Positions 49,631 through 60,135 of a DNA stretch of 64,000 nucleotides are shown one piece after another. This DNA comes from Candidatus Poribacteria bacterium (GTDB lineage: Bacteria > Poribacteria > WGA-4E > PCPOR2b), in NCBI GenBank assembly GCA_965208325.1, contig OZ242326.1, forward strand, positions 2,464,001-2,528,000, given 5' to 3'. The notes under the pieces are model-generated. The model had not been told where the DNA came from. It did not search any database and was given only the letters and a program-made list of their open reading frames with translations. Within the stretch, counting starts at the first letter, position 1, and every line of letters starts with the position of its first letter. The translations under genes were made by a program, and so were the position numbers.

Positions 49631-50152
49631 TCAGACATTGTTTCGCTCCGATAGAATCTCTCGGATTCTCGTCGGGAGTTTCCTAATGGGGATCATTTCA
49701 TCAAGCCGTTTTGTTAATTTAAACGTTACCCCTTGTCCTTCCGCCATCCGTGCCAATCTGCCTGCTTTACGTTCAGCAACCATTCCTTTACGCCACAGGT
49801 TGAATACTAAATCGTGCGGGCAAATCCCTAAGCAAAGTAGATAATCATACTCCCGATCCAATCGAACATGGTTGAACTGGAATGTTCCATTAGCCCCCAA
49901 TGAAGCTGTCTTGACCTCAAATTGAAGTGTACCAATTCGTATGTCCGTCTCTGAGGTACGGTCTCCGTTTTCGGCCTTGATCCCATTCTGTAGTAGATAC
50001 CGGTGAATGAACTCCTCTCCGATTTCGCCGCGATTTGTGTTGCCAAGCATTCGATACCGGATCAACGGAGAATCTCTCCAAATATCCTCAGGCGAATGCT
50101 CCCGAATGATTGAGACTAGCAGGTCAACTGGATTCACTTGGGAGGCTCCCAT
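49631..50152 (-). CDS. Putative type II restriction endonuclease (PD-(D/E)xK)
   Basis: GEIGEEF...TDIRI...FEVKTA...FQFNHVRLDREYD; overlaps the MTase 3' end. Confidence 0.7.
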   Translation of the reverse strand: MGASQVNPVDLLVSIIREHSPEDIWRDSPLIRYRMLGNTNRGEIGEEFIHRYLLQNGIKAENGDRTSETDIRIGTLQFEVKTASLGANGTFQFNHVRLDREYDYLLCLGICPHDLVFNLWRKGMVAERKAGRLARMAEGQGVTFKLTKRLDEMIPIRKLPTRIREILSERNNV

Positions 50153-50994
50153 GCGCGTTTGTCTGATCCGCGTTTCCAGAATACCAGAAAGTACGAGTGG
50201 TTTTTTCGCGCATGAACCTGACGCACTGTTCGACTGACACCAGGCTTGTTCTGACGCATTACTACGAACAGGTCCTCCGCTACGAATCCAATCCGTTCAT
50301 AGGCTTGCATGATTTCAACATGAGTAAATCTCTGGCGATTGGCGCAGACCTCGTCTTGGCATTTCACGATTAGCACACCGCGCTCGCGCAGTACCCTATG
50401 TGCTTCCGCAGCAGCATCCTCGTAGAGCGACAGAACTGCCTCATGGTATTTCTTTGTAGTCCTGTTCCCGGTGCGGTTGTTTCTGTAGTGATGCTCGAAC
50501 GCCTGGTGAACGGTATGAGCCGTTCCTCCGGGAGAATGCATGTATGGCGGATCAAGCACAACGCAGTCGATTTCACCGTCTATGTAAGGAAGATCTCTGC
50601 AATCAACGCCGGTGAGGATGTCGGATGGCCTCAAACTATAAAGATCTTCAGGTATTCGCCTCCAAAATACGCCCTTCCCGTAGGTGACATCAGCGACTAT
50701 GCTGCCCGGAGCAACATACAAACCAATTACATGTCGGAAGACATCATCATTCCCTTCGGAATAGGCACTAAATACAAGATCGTTGGTCGGCTTGCCATTG
50801 CGAACCCGGCGACGTTCTCGCGTTGCTTGCGAAACTCCAGTAATAGTCAGTTGGTTCATGACTGTAATCCCAAATCCAGTCCCGCGTTTTGCGCTACCTT
50901 TAATGATACTTTCATCCGTAACGGCAACTAAAATTTCTTCAATAATTTCTTTATCGGAATTAGGTTCTGTTGACATTTCATCGCAACCGGACAA
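50134..50994 (-). CDS. DNA amino-methyltransferase (m6A or m4C)
   Basis: Motif I ADVTYGKGVFW, motif IV VVLDPPY, EAHRVL...G.LIVKCQD. Confidence 0.8.
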   Translation of the reverse strand: MSGCDEMSTEPNSDKEIIEEILVAVTDESIIKGSAKRGTGFGITVMNQLTITGVSQATRERRRVRNGKPTNDLVFSAYSEGNDDVFRHVIGLYVAPGSIVADVTYGKGVFWRRIPEDLYSLRPSDILTGVDCRDLPYIDGEIDCVVLDPPYMHSPGGTAHTVHQAFEHHYRNNRTGNRTTKKYHEAVLSLYEDAAAEAHRVLRERGVLIVKCQDEVCANRQRFTHVEIMQAYERIGFVAEDLFVVMRQNKPGVSRTVRQVHARKNHSYFLVFWKRGSDKRAWEPPK

Positions 50995-51354
50995 TCAAGA
51001 ACGGTGCGCAGACACATGACCCTTCGTAGGGGTTGGGTCCCCCAACCCTTTTTTCACAATCAGATACGATTTCGGACTGCTGTAGGTTGTTCGACCAAAA
51101 TCGACTCAACCTGTATGGTTGGAAGTTCACTGCCCGCGTTGGTCAATGGGCGAGGTGACCTGATAAACACTATCGCCCTCGCTATTCAATCGGTCGATCC
51201 CCTACGATTACAGGCAGCTTCACATGAATGTCAACACGCCCTAGTAGTTTCTCACCCCAAGGTCAACTACTACTAATTCCATTGGAATACGTTTAAGGTT
51301 ATGGCACCGAAGTAGAGAAATGTTAGTGTCGTTGGATAGTATCAGCCGTGAACT

Positions 51355-51606
51355 TTACTTACCCCTATAAGTAACTTTATTGAGAAGTTCTTTTATTTCT
51401 TTTGCCTTAGTTTCAATTTCAACAAAAAAGTCTTTCTGAGCATAATGATTTTCCAACTGCGTTTGAGCCTCCTTCGAATCTCGAACACCATCGGGCAATT
51501 CACCTTTGTTCTGTAAGTTTTCCCGGTTTTCATTATCCTCATGAAATGTATCACAATAGGCTAACAAAACTTCAATAGCACTTACAGCTTGATTTCTATC
51601 CGTCAT
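51355..51606 (-). CDS. Hypothetical protein
   Basis: 83-aa ORF with AAGGAG RBS. Confidence 0.5.
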   Translation of the reverse strand: MTDRNQAVSAIEVLLAYCDTFHEDNENRENLQNKGELPDGVRDSKEAQTQLENHYAQKDFFVEIETKAKEIKELLNKVTYRGK

Positions 51607-51668
51607 AATTAAAGTCTCCTTTATGCCTTAATGCAGAGCTGATTAGATAGGCGACTGCTTAAGCCAAT

Positions 51669-52028
51669 TCAATAGTTTTCTCTAGACATTTCTGTATAAG
51701 CTTGCTCTATAATCGGTTTGATTTTATCTACATCACTAACGCTATAGCAATGACATTGAGATTCCCATTAATCTCGACGGCAAACCTCAAAAGGTATTTC
51801 AGGGCTTGCTATTTTATCAAGGTCCAAAGCAATCCTTATCTTTATACAATCACTTAAAGGTTCCGGGCTTATAAATCGCCTCTGCATATCGGGTGTTTTA
51901 TATGAGAAATTCTTTCTAGCATTTGAGACTGATTCCACATCTGGAAGGCTAAGGATAAACTCTTCCAACCCATCAAATATATCAATTACTCTCGTTGGCA
52001 CGTCACTACGCTCCAAATTTGCCTCCAT
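51669..52028 (-). pseudogene. DUF5655-like gene with premature TAA
   Basis: LEEFILSLPDV...SYK...F pattern; after TAA (51768-51770) the same frame continues SVSDVDKIKPIIEQAY to TGA at 51669. Confidence 0.45.
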
Positions 52029-52270
52029 TATGAACGTATACTATATCATTCCGGCATGCCCCATTGATAAGTGTTGGTTTTCGTAAGATTGGAATCTAGA
52101 GAGATTTTTGTTTGCTTTAAAGCCAAAATGTACAAATCAAAAATATTTTAACTTTTAAATGAAATGATTTCAAGTCAAAACACATAACTTACCCCCATCC
52201 TTTAGACAGAAACTAACGAGATTTAAGTAATAAAACCTGACTAATTCTGGTCAATTTTCAACGCCTGAAG

Positions 52271-53050
52271 TTAGTGAAAATACACCTCGTAAGGTGTACG
52301 GTATTCGAGCGATTGATGTGACCGCTCTCGGTTGTAATAGTTGAAATAATCTCTCAAGCGGCGCCGAGCCGTGTTCATTGAGTCATAGTCGTTGAGGTAA
52401 ACCTCCTCATACTTAACACTGCGCCAAAGTCGTTCAACGAAGATGTTGTCAAAGTAACGGCCTCTGCCGTTCCAACTAATGGCTATGCCAGAGGCTTCAA
52501 GTCTAGCAGTAAACGCCTCGGAAGTAAATTGACTTCCTTGGTCGTTGTTGAATATTAATGGACTCGCTTTACCAAGCGCCCGTTCCAGCGCCGATAGGCA
52601 AAAGAACACGTCAAGGGAGTTTGAAAGTTCCCATGACAACACATAGCGGGAAAACCAATCCATAATGGCTACCAGATAAACAAAGCCATGGCTTAAACGA
52701 ATATAGGTGATATCAGTTGCCCAGACATGGTTCGGTCTGGTAATACTTAATCCGTTCAACAGATAGGGGTACACTTTCGACGGCTTGCCCATTCTGGAGG
52801 TCTTGGGCTTGGGATAAATGGCAACTAATCCCATCTTCCGCATTAACCGTGCGACTCGTTTCGGATTGACCACATATCCTTGACGACGAAGCCAATCCGT
52901 TAACTTAGGCACCCCACACCACGGCGTCTTGGTGTACTGTTCGTCTAACAGACGCATATACAGCAGATTTTGTGGAGACTCCCCTACAGGAGTGTAATAG
53001 AACGATGCTCTAGGCAAGCCTAAAAGCTCGCACTGTCTTGCAATCGACAA
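52271..53050 (-). CDS. IS3 transposase OrfB (rve DDE)
   Basis: WATDITYI, NNDQGSQF, DNIFVERLWRSVKYE. Confidence 0.92.
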   Translation of the reverse strand: MSIARQCELLGLPRASFYYTPVGESPQNLLYMRLLDEQYTKTPWCGVPKLTDWLRRQGYVVNPKRVARLMRKMGLVAIYPKPKTSRMGKPSKVYPYLLNGLSITRPNHVWATDITYIRLSHGFVYLVAIMDWFSRYVLSWELSNSLDVFFCLSALERALGKASPLIFNNDQGSQFTSEAFTARLEASGIAISWNGRGRYFDNIFVERLWRSVKYEEVYLNDYDSMNTARRRLRDYFNYYNRERSHQSLEYRTPYEVYFH

Positions 53051-53087
53051 TGAACGGCACTCCGGTTCAACAAGCTGCCGCCGCTGT

Positions 53088-53375
53088 TCAACGGAGGCGC
53101 GACGTTTTTTTTTGAAGCCAGTCCAGTTCTACCTTCAACTGACCAATCTGGCGATACAGTTCAGACACTAGCTCGTCGTTGTCGGAAGCTGTTTTTGAAC
53201 GTCCCTTCGCAAAGAGTTGAGGTAATTCCTCAAGCACCTGTTTTTTCCATTGGCTAACTTGTGCCGGATTGACACCGTATTCACTGGCAATTTGACTGAT
53301 AGTCTGCTGATTCTTGATAGCTTCAAGAGCCACTTGCGCTTTGAATCGGCCATCACGCTGAATTCTACGGGACAT
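53088..53375 (-). CDS. IS3 transposase OrfA (HTH)
   Basis: FKAQVALEA...IASEYGV...QVSQWKK...LYRQIGQLKVELDWLQKK. Confidence 0.92.
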   Translation of the reverse strand: MSRRIQRDGRFKAQVALEAIKNQQTISQIASEYGVNPAQVSQWKKQVLEELPQLFAKGRSKTASDNDELVSELYRQIGQLKVELDWLQKKTSRLR

Positions 53376-53594
53376 GGTGGAGAAACTCCTTTCTTTTTCT
53401 TGGCGTTTCCGAGTCCTATTTTCGCTCAGATGATGACCATTTTTCTAGTCGAAAAGATCTCTTATTTAATTGTCTAGTTTTTGGGGGTAATTACACCACT
53501 ATCGTTGACTCGTGCAATCCGAAACAGATACAAACCCAAGTGCTTCGCCGTCAACTTTACCTACATTGATAACGTCATCACCCTTATTCTGACC

Positions 53595-53694
53595 GAAGGT
53601 TGGGTTAAGCCGATTCGTGAATAACGCCGCATAAGTGGCATGAGTGCAGAACCTAGATTCCGTCTCAAGATAGTCATGACGCAGCGAACCCAAC
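53595..53694 (+). repeat. ~100-bp REP-like element, near-duplicate of 55469-55568
   Basis: GGTTGGGTTAAGC.GATTCGTGAA...AGATAGTCATGA...AGCGAACCCAAC shared, including the core. Confidence 0.8.
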
Positions 53695-53779
53695 GATTGA
53701 CCGAGCGAACAGCGTGGGATCGACTGACCGGATAGAGAAGGCGATAGTTTTCCCCTTTAAAATCCTCCCCCTTACCAAG

Positions 53780-55433
53780 CTTACTATTACCCACAAGTCT
53801 TCGGAGGTAGTGGTTTTCTATGTTAGTGCTAAGAACTATCGTTCAATTCGACACTGTGAAAAAGGCGAAAGGTGTCAGAAATATCTCTTAACCGCTGCCA
53901 CCCTCGCCAGATAACAGTCACCCCAGGCTCACCGTCGGACCTGCGCGCTAAAAAACCACCGAGCTTGGCAATCCAAATCACTACCTCAGAAACGGTAGGA
54001 ATTTGCTTGGGCAAAGTGCTACGCCGATGAGACACACAATAGAGCGCTTTCCACTCATCAGATGTTAGCACACACCTACAATCCGCAGTCGGGGCATGGC
54101 GGTTCATCATCGTCAGCCAGTACAACCGCCACGCAATCACACTGGTTAGCGCAAAGTATCGTAAAAGCCGACTTTTAGTTTGCAGACGGCACGATTCGAT
54201 TTTGGTGCCGGATTTGAGGACCTTGAAATAGACTTCAATTTGCCATCTTAAACTGTACCAACGTATTCGTTCCAGAGCGTCCGAAAAATTGGCCACTTCT
54301 ACATTCGTGATTAACAGCCATTCAATCGGGGTTGCCCTCGCGGGTGGATTCACCTCTGCTACCCAGATGACATTCACCTCAATTGCAGGTAGATTTGGCG
54401 ATTGTGACGCCTGCGAACGATAGGGAGGAACCAGCGTCGTTGCCGTAAAATGAACACTGACCGTAGCCTCACGAGATGCTTGGTTCCCACGAGCGGGTAC
54501 CTTAACAACTAGCATACCGGAAGCAGGTTGACTTTTGACCAAGGGATTGAGTTTACCCAGCTCATCATCAACAATTCGATTCTGAACCGCTCGAATCACG
54601 AAGGGTGTGTCTTGTGATTCAACAAAAAATTCATAAATATCGGCTTCACGGTCACAGATGGAAATTACCTCAACCCCTGCTGGAGTTTGCGCTTTGATTT
54701 CATTTAACGCTTCAATCCATTTGTAACTCTCTTTTTCAGTCAGTGGCGGATTGGTTTTGCGAACGGTTTGCTCGGAATCTTCCCGGACCCAAACTTTATC
54801 CGTGAGTCACCCCAATGGCAATCCCGACTCAGTGAGCACTAGCGTCGTGTGTTTGACAAACCCGTAGATTTGCTGCGACTTTGTCCCAATTGGACCTAAG
54901 CCCTCGGTCAACGGGTGATGCGTGTAATTCAGATAGGTCGTATCCTGTACTGCAAAAACACGTTGATGTTCACTCATTCGTTCAACAGTACGTTGAAAGT
55001 GAGGCACTAGAATTTTTTCTGCTGTGACCTTCTGGTTATCAAATAAACGATAAGCTGCTTTTGTGGCTGCCCAATCACCACAGGCAGCGTTGATGGAGGA
55101 TTGCGGATAGCCTGATAATTCTTCGGCGACATCAATCAGTCGCTCAGTGAGACGTTTATCTCCCAAATGAATCGTCCCAAATTCTTGGCGACTCCAAGGG
55201 AGCTTGAACTCATCATGGTTTGAAGGCATAGTTGACTCCAATTTCGTAGTGAGGTCGTTATGATTTTCGGTAACCTAGCCCCTCGAATTTATCACATTTG
55301 CTTTCGCCAAGCAAATACTGATTCTCGATTCCGATATGTTACCCGCCTAACTTGCACGCAATCATGTTAGGCAAATAAGAGACGCAAAAAAACGCTCACC
55401 TTCCAGATTACATGACTTGTGGGTAATAGTAAG
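53780..55433 (-). mobile_element. IS4-family insertion sequence, copy 2, 1654 bp
   Basis: Same IRs and translated ORFs as copy 1; 9-bp TSD CTTACCAAG at 53771-53779 and 55434-55442. Confidence 0.95.
53829..55229 (-). CDS. IS4 transposase with the same in-frame TGA (54807-54809)
   Basis: Both ORF-track segments identical to copy 1. Confidence 0.85.
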
Positions 55434-55468
55434 CTTACCAAGGGGGAGCTAGAGGGGGTTAGTTTTTT

Positions 55469-55568
55469 GTAGGTTGGGTTAAGCGGATTCGTGAACAACG
55501 CTGCATAAGAGGCATGAGTGCCCAACCTAGATTCAGTCTCAAGATAGTCATGAGGTAGCGAACCCAAC
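55469..55568 (+). repeat. ~100-bp REP-like element
   Basis: GTAGGTTGGGTTAAGCGG...GCGAACCCAAC. Confidence 0.8.
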
Positions 55569-55694
55569 GCTTTTCTTTGACACAAGTTCCTGTAGGTTGG
55601 AGAGGGCAATCCACCGACCGAATAGCTAGCGCGATCGTTTTCTCAAGTCTTTCGGTGACCCAATGCTATTTTGAAACAAGGAGAAAATTTCACT

Positions 55695-57026
55695 ATGAAC
55701 CTAACTAATCCCGTCGAATGGGCACGCTATTCCCCCGAACACCGCGAGGGGAAGCTGTGCTACCACAAATGGACAAAGGAGTCGCACCTACCTTTGCGGA
55801 ACGTGCCTGGCGGATCAACGGAACCGAATTACGAGACCATGACTTACAACTATTGCGACGAATGCAACCAGAGAAGCGTTCGCTCCGCGGTCAACAATGG
55901 TTGTTCGCATATTCTGTTTATCACGCGGTATTATGGGAAAAGTCAGCAATACGCGGGACGCCCTTTTATCGTGGGCTATTATGAGATTGGCTGGAAAACC
56001 GAGGTCAATGGCGCAACCGCCGTTCGTCCAAAGCAACTTTCGTTCGTGCGTATTGAGGACGCCTACGAAATCACGCCTGAACGGTGGAAACGCATCAACC
56101 CCTACAGAAAAACGTATGAACTAAAAAATCTCCGCCACGCGACGCAGCGGGTCGAGGGCTGCTTATTTGAGGAAATAATTGACCATCTTGACCAACATGA
56201 CGCCACGACAGCTTTTCTGCTCGAAGTTGCGCGGCTTAAAGCCGAAACTAATCCCTTTGAAGACGTACCGACGGGGCGTATCTTCATAATCAACGTTGGC
56301 GCGAACAGCACCCACCCGCTACAAAGCCCGTTGTTTGAAGACAACAGTTTCGAATTCGTTCCCATCCCTGCTTCGGCCGATGACGGTTACACCCTTGCGA
56401 ATCTTCGCCAGTTCGATGCACCGGACAGACCAATGATTAATCACTTTCGGTCATTAAATATCTCACCGGACACGAAGATTCACAATGATCCGGAGTTCGC
56501 CACCTTCACGTTCGGCGACAGCCCAATTGTTAAGGCCGGGCTTAAATCCATGACAAAAGGCGATTTTCTGTTCTTTCTAGTTCGTTTAGTTCCATATCGA
56601 AACCAGCAATATTACAACCATGAGGGGATATTCGCTTTAATCGGTTTTCTTGAAATCGAAGAGATAATCCCGCTGCCGTTTGACGCGACGATCGACTCGC
56701 TTCTTCCCAGCCCTGCATTCAACCGTAATGCCCATGTCATTCGTTGGTTAAACGACCATGTTCCGTACGACGATGGATATGTGGTTTACAAAGGATCGAC
56801 CAATTCTCGCCGTTTCGGTAAAGCCGTTAAGTTTGACCGCGAGTTTGTAGAGGATATCCCGCTACTTACTGCTGCAGGTGCCCCATGGAACTGGGAAACA
56901 AACACTGAACTCGGCGTTATCAGCTCACACACACGCGGCCCACGCCAACATATTGACCCAAGCGCAGATTCGGAACGGGCCGCCCAGTTCTGGCGGCGTA
57001 TTAGGGAATTACAGGAATGGGTCTGA
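55695..57026 (+). CDS. Two-domain protein: unassigned N-terminal domain + C-terminal Nmad3-like domain
   Basis: C-half RIFIINVGANS...SPLFEDNSFEFVPIP...HNDPEF..FTFGD...GDFLFF resembles Nmad3; N-half EPNYETMTY...ILFITR...IVGYY. Confidence 0.65.
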   Translation: MNLTNPVEWARYSPEHREGKLCYHKWTKESHLPLRNVPGGSTEPNYETMTYNYCDECNQRSVRSAVNNGCSHILFITRYYGKSQQYAGRPFIVGYYEIGWKTEVNGATAVRPKQLSFVRIEDAYEITPERWKRINPYRKTYELKNLRHATQRVEGCLFEEIIDHLDQHDATTAFLLEVARLKAETNPFEDVPTGRIFIINVGANSTHPLQSPLFEDNSFEFVPIPASADDGYTLANLRQFDAPDRPMINHFRSLNISPDTKIHNDPEFATFTFGDSPIVKAGLKSMTKGDFLFFLVRLVPYRNQQYYNHEGIFALIGFLEIEEIIPLPFDATIDSLLPSPAFNRNAHVIRWLNDHVPYDDGYVVYKGSTNSRRFGKAVKFDREFVEDIPLLTAAGAPWNWETNTELGVISSHTRGPRQHIDPSADSERAAQFWRRIRELQEWV

Positions 57027-57299
57027 ACCAGCTTTCGTAGCTTGGGTAGAGATCAACTGAGCAAATAGCGGAGGATCGAGCGAATTAAGAGTGAGTATGA
57101 TAGTCTTATGTTTAACAACCTCCGGCAAAGGATGCCATTTGAAATTAACGAAAAGCGTTGGGTTTCGCAGAAGACTGGTGAAGACTAATGGAAGACTATC
57201 GTCCTCCCTATTCGGTCGGTTGATCCTTCGCTATTCGCTCATTTTATCTATCCGCTCAGTTGATCCCTCTCTATTCGGTAAGATGATCCTACAAGAACT

Positions 57300-57476
57300 G
57301 ACTCCGTTTGAATGTTGAACTTTAACTTATCGAAAAACCCTCACCCTACCCGACTCGTCACCAACAGCAATATACTAGTCATTCGGTGACCAACGAGGCT
57401 TGTGATCCCCGATGTCAGAGCGGCTTCATGAACCGCCCGAGAACGGAGTCGGCCTTGCAATTGCCAGACGCAGACC
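57300..57476 (-). pseudogene. Degenerate copy of the 3' end of the WD40 gene (61252-61430)
   Basis: Collinear 177 vs 179 bp match with substitutions and two 1-bp deletions. Confidence 0.88.
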
Positions 57477-57769
57477 AGATGGTTAAAATCTCTCCCGCTA
57501 TTATCCAATGCTTGATGGACACTGCCTGTTATACTGCTTAAATGTACAAAGTCGAGCTTAGCGCAAGACTGAATTGACTGCGAGAAATTTTCCGGGTATC
57601 GTAGAGCCTTGCGAAAATTTGGAAAGGCTCAGGGACGGTTATAAATCGAAAAGTTTGATTCTCTCAATCTTTTACGATATTCTTTATACCACATTAATCT
57701 TCAAGCAGTTAAAGCATTTCTCTGTTTACAGAGGAGTCCGAAACTGGACCGATCAGTGAGGAGGGACCT

Positions 57770-58588
57770 ATGCCAGTTTTTGACGCAGAAGCCTTAGAAT
57801 TTTGGGAAGAGAACGGTTACGTCGTTGTACCGGAGGCGGTACCACTTGAAAATTGCCACGCCGCAGAACAAGCCGTCTGGGATTTTCTTGAAATGGACCG
57901 CGACAATCCAGACAGTTGGTATTCCGATCCACCGCGCGGGAGCATCATGGTGGAGATTTATCAACACCAAGCGTTGTGGGACAACCGCCAATACCCACAT
58001 GTTCATCAGGCGTTCTCGGAAATTTGGGAGACGGAGAAGCTCTGGGTTAGTTTTGATCGTGCGAGCATGAATCCGCCTGAACGTCCGGATTGGAAGTTCA
58101 CCGGTCCTCACTTACATTGGGATATGTCGTTGGATGATATGCCGGTAGGTTTAAAGGTGCAAGGTGTTTTGTATCTGGCAGATACGCCGGGTAATCAGGG
58201 TGCATTCTCCTGTATTCCGGGATTTCATCGGAAGTTGGAGAAATGGTTGGAGGATTTATCTGATGACGCGAATCCGCGGGAAGTTGTCCGAGAATACCAA
58301 GCAGAAGCGGTGCCGGTTGCTGGGAAAGCCGTCGATCTGGTTATCTGGCATAGTGCATTGCCGCATGGAAGTAGACCGAACTCCGCTGAGCGTCCTCGTA
58401 TGGCGCAATATATCACGATGTCGCCTGCGCCAGAGAATGCCAATCCTGAGTCGCGAATTAAAGGGTGGCGCGAACGCTTGACGGGACTCGGAAAAGAGGC
58501 GAAAGAGAAGGAGCATCACCACGGTGAAACAGCGGAATTGGCACCTTTAGGAAAGAAACTTCTCGGACTTGAATCATGGGTTACTTAA
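57770..58588 (+). CDS. PhyH-family Fe(II)/2OG dioxygenase
   Basis: LHWD, VQGVLYL, PGFH, HGSRPN...PR. Confidence 0.88.
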   Translation: MPVFDAEALEFWEENGYVVVPEAVPLENCHAAEQAVWDFLEMDRDNPDSWYSDPPRGSIMVEIYQHQALWDNRQYPHVHQAFSEIWETEKLWVSFDRASMNPPERPDWKFTGPHLHWDMSLDDMPVGLKVQGVLYLADTPGNQGAFSCIPGFHRKLEKWLEDLSDDANPREVVREYQAEAVPVAGKAVDLVIWHSALPHGSRPNSAERPRMAQYITMSPAPENANPESRIKGWRERLTGLGKEAKEKEHHHGETAELAPLGKKLLGLESWVT

Positions 58589-58593
58589 ACACG

Positions 58594-58618
58594 GTAGGTG
58601 CGGTTTCCTAACCGCACC
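58594..58618 (+). repeat. Short GTAG REP hairpin GTAGGTGCGGTTTCCTAACCGCACC
   Basis: Related copies at 43238-43258 (-) and 51026-51049. Confidence 0.65.
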
Positions 58619-58698
58619 GAGTCTCCGTAAAAACCTATGCATCGGAATATCTCAAGGATTCCCTAACCCCTTAGAAATGTTATGAGGAGAACCTTCTC

Positions 58699-59988
58699 GT
58701 GACAGATTTGTTGGCAGCACGCGCACAGATGGCGATGTCGCTTGCATTTCACATTATTTTTGCGGTGATCGGTATAGCGATGCCGCTGCTAATGGTGATT
58801 GCGGAAGGGCTATGGCTCAAAACGCGAGAAGAGGTTTACCTGACGCTTGCGAAGCGGTGGGCAAAAGGGACGGCGATTATGTTTGCTGTCGGCGCGGTCT
58901 CTGGCACCGTTTTGTCTTTTGAACTCGGTTTGTTGTGGCCCAATTTTATGGCTTACGCTGGTCCGATCATCGGCATGCCGTTTTCATTGGAAGGGTTTGC
59001 ATTCTTCCTGGAAGCGATCTTCTTAGGGCTTTACCTCTATGGCTGGGACCGCATTCCAAAATATGCCCACTGGTATGCTGGGATGATGGTGCTGCTCGGC
59101 GGCACCTTGTCCGGTATTTTTGTTGTCACCGCGAATGCATGGATGAACACGCCTACCGGATTCACTATTGTCAATGGAGAGGTGACGGATGTCGATCCGA
59201 TTGCGGCAATGTTGAATCCCTCCTCGTTTAGCCAAACACTTCACATGACTATCGCTGCTTTTCTGACAGTCGGATTTGCGGTGGCGGGCATTCACGCCTA
59301 TTTTCTGCGACGTGATCCCGACAACCTTTTCCATCGCCGTGCGTTTGCGATTGCCTTGAGTGTTGGCGGTGTGTTCGCACTCCTGCAACCGATTTCGGGT
59401 GACATCAGTGCCAAGAAGCTGGCGAAACACCAACCTATCAAGCTTGCGGCGATGGAGGCGCAGTGGGAGACCGAACGCGGGGCACCTTTACGTATCGGTG
59501 GTATTCCTAACGAGGACACTGAAGAAACTCGATATGCGCTTGAAATTCCGAAGGCACTCAGTTTTCTTGCGTACTCTGACTTCAACGCTGAGGTTATGGG
59601 GCTTAAGGCGGTGCCACCGGAAGACCGTCCGCCTGTGGCGATTGTGCATTTCGCATTTCAAATTATGGTAGCGTGCGGGATAGTGCTGATTGCCGCTGCT
59701 GTTATCGGTGGTTGGCTCGCATGGAAACATAAAAGACTACCGGATCAACGTTGGTATCTTCGGTTCGTTACGTTCTGTACACCGCTTGGGTTTATCGCAA
59801 TTGAGGCAGGTTGGACGGTCACAGAGGTTGGACGGCAACCGTGGATTATTTACAATTACATGCGAACCGCCGAGGCGGTAACCTCAATGCCGAACCTCGT
59901 CGTTCCCTTTCTCGGTTTTACGGTACTTTATATTTTCCTCTCTATTGTCGTTGTTATCCTATTACGTCGTCAGATATTTTTAAGCTAA
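58699..59988 (+). CDS. cydA: Cytochrome bd ubiquinol oxidase subunit I
   Basis: FHIIF, LEGFAFFLEAIF, ANAWMNTP, QPIKLAAME, GWTVTEVGRQPW. Confidence 0.95.
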   Translation: MTDLLAARAQMAMSLAFHIIFAVIGIAMPLLMVIAEGLWLKTREEVYLTLAKRWAKGTAIMFAVGAVSGTVLSFELGLLWPNFMAYAGPIIGMPFSLEGFAFFLEAIFLGLYLYGWDRIPKYAHWYAGMMVLLGGTLSGIFVVTANAWMNTPTGFTIVNGEVTDVDPIAAMLNPSSFSQTLHMTIAAFLTVGFAVAGIHAYFLRRDPDNLFHRRAFAIALSVGGVFALLQPISGDISAKKLAKHQPIKLAAMEAQWETERGAPLRIGGIPNEDTEETRYALEIPKALSFLAYSDFNAEVMGLKAVPPEDRPPVAIVHFAFQIMVACGIVLIAAAVIGGWLAWKHKRLPDQRWYLRFVTFCTPLGFIAIEAGWTVTEVGRQPWIIYNYMRTAEAVTSMPNLVVPFLGFTVLYIFLSIVVVILLRRQIFLS

Positions 59989-60135
59989 CGCCAAGCGTTA
60001 AACACGATTATTGGTTAAACAACATCTCTTGGATAAGTTCCGCAGGACTCCGATCTTGTCCTGCTGCTTGCCTTTCAATAGATTTTTGCGACGAACTTAC
60101 TGCCAGGCACCCACCGACACGTCGAGAGAACTTTT

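Larger units (their letters stand above)
52185..53495 (-). mobile_element. IS3-family insertion sequence
   Basis: orfA/orfB pair; imperfect IRs TGTAATTACCCCCAAAAACTAGACA (53495-53471) and TAACTTACCCCCATCCTTTAGACA (from 52185); no clear TSD. Confidence 0.88.
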
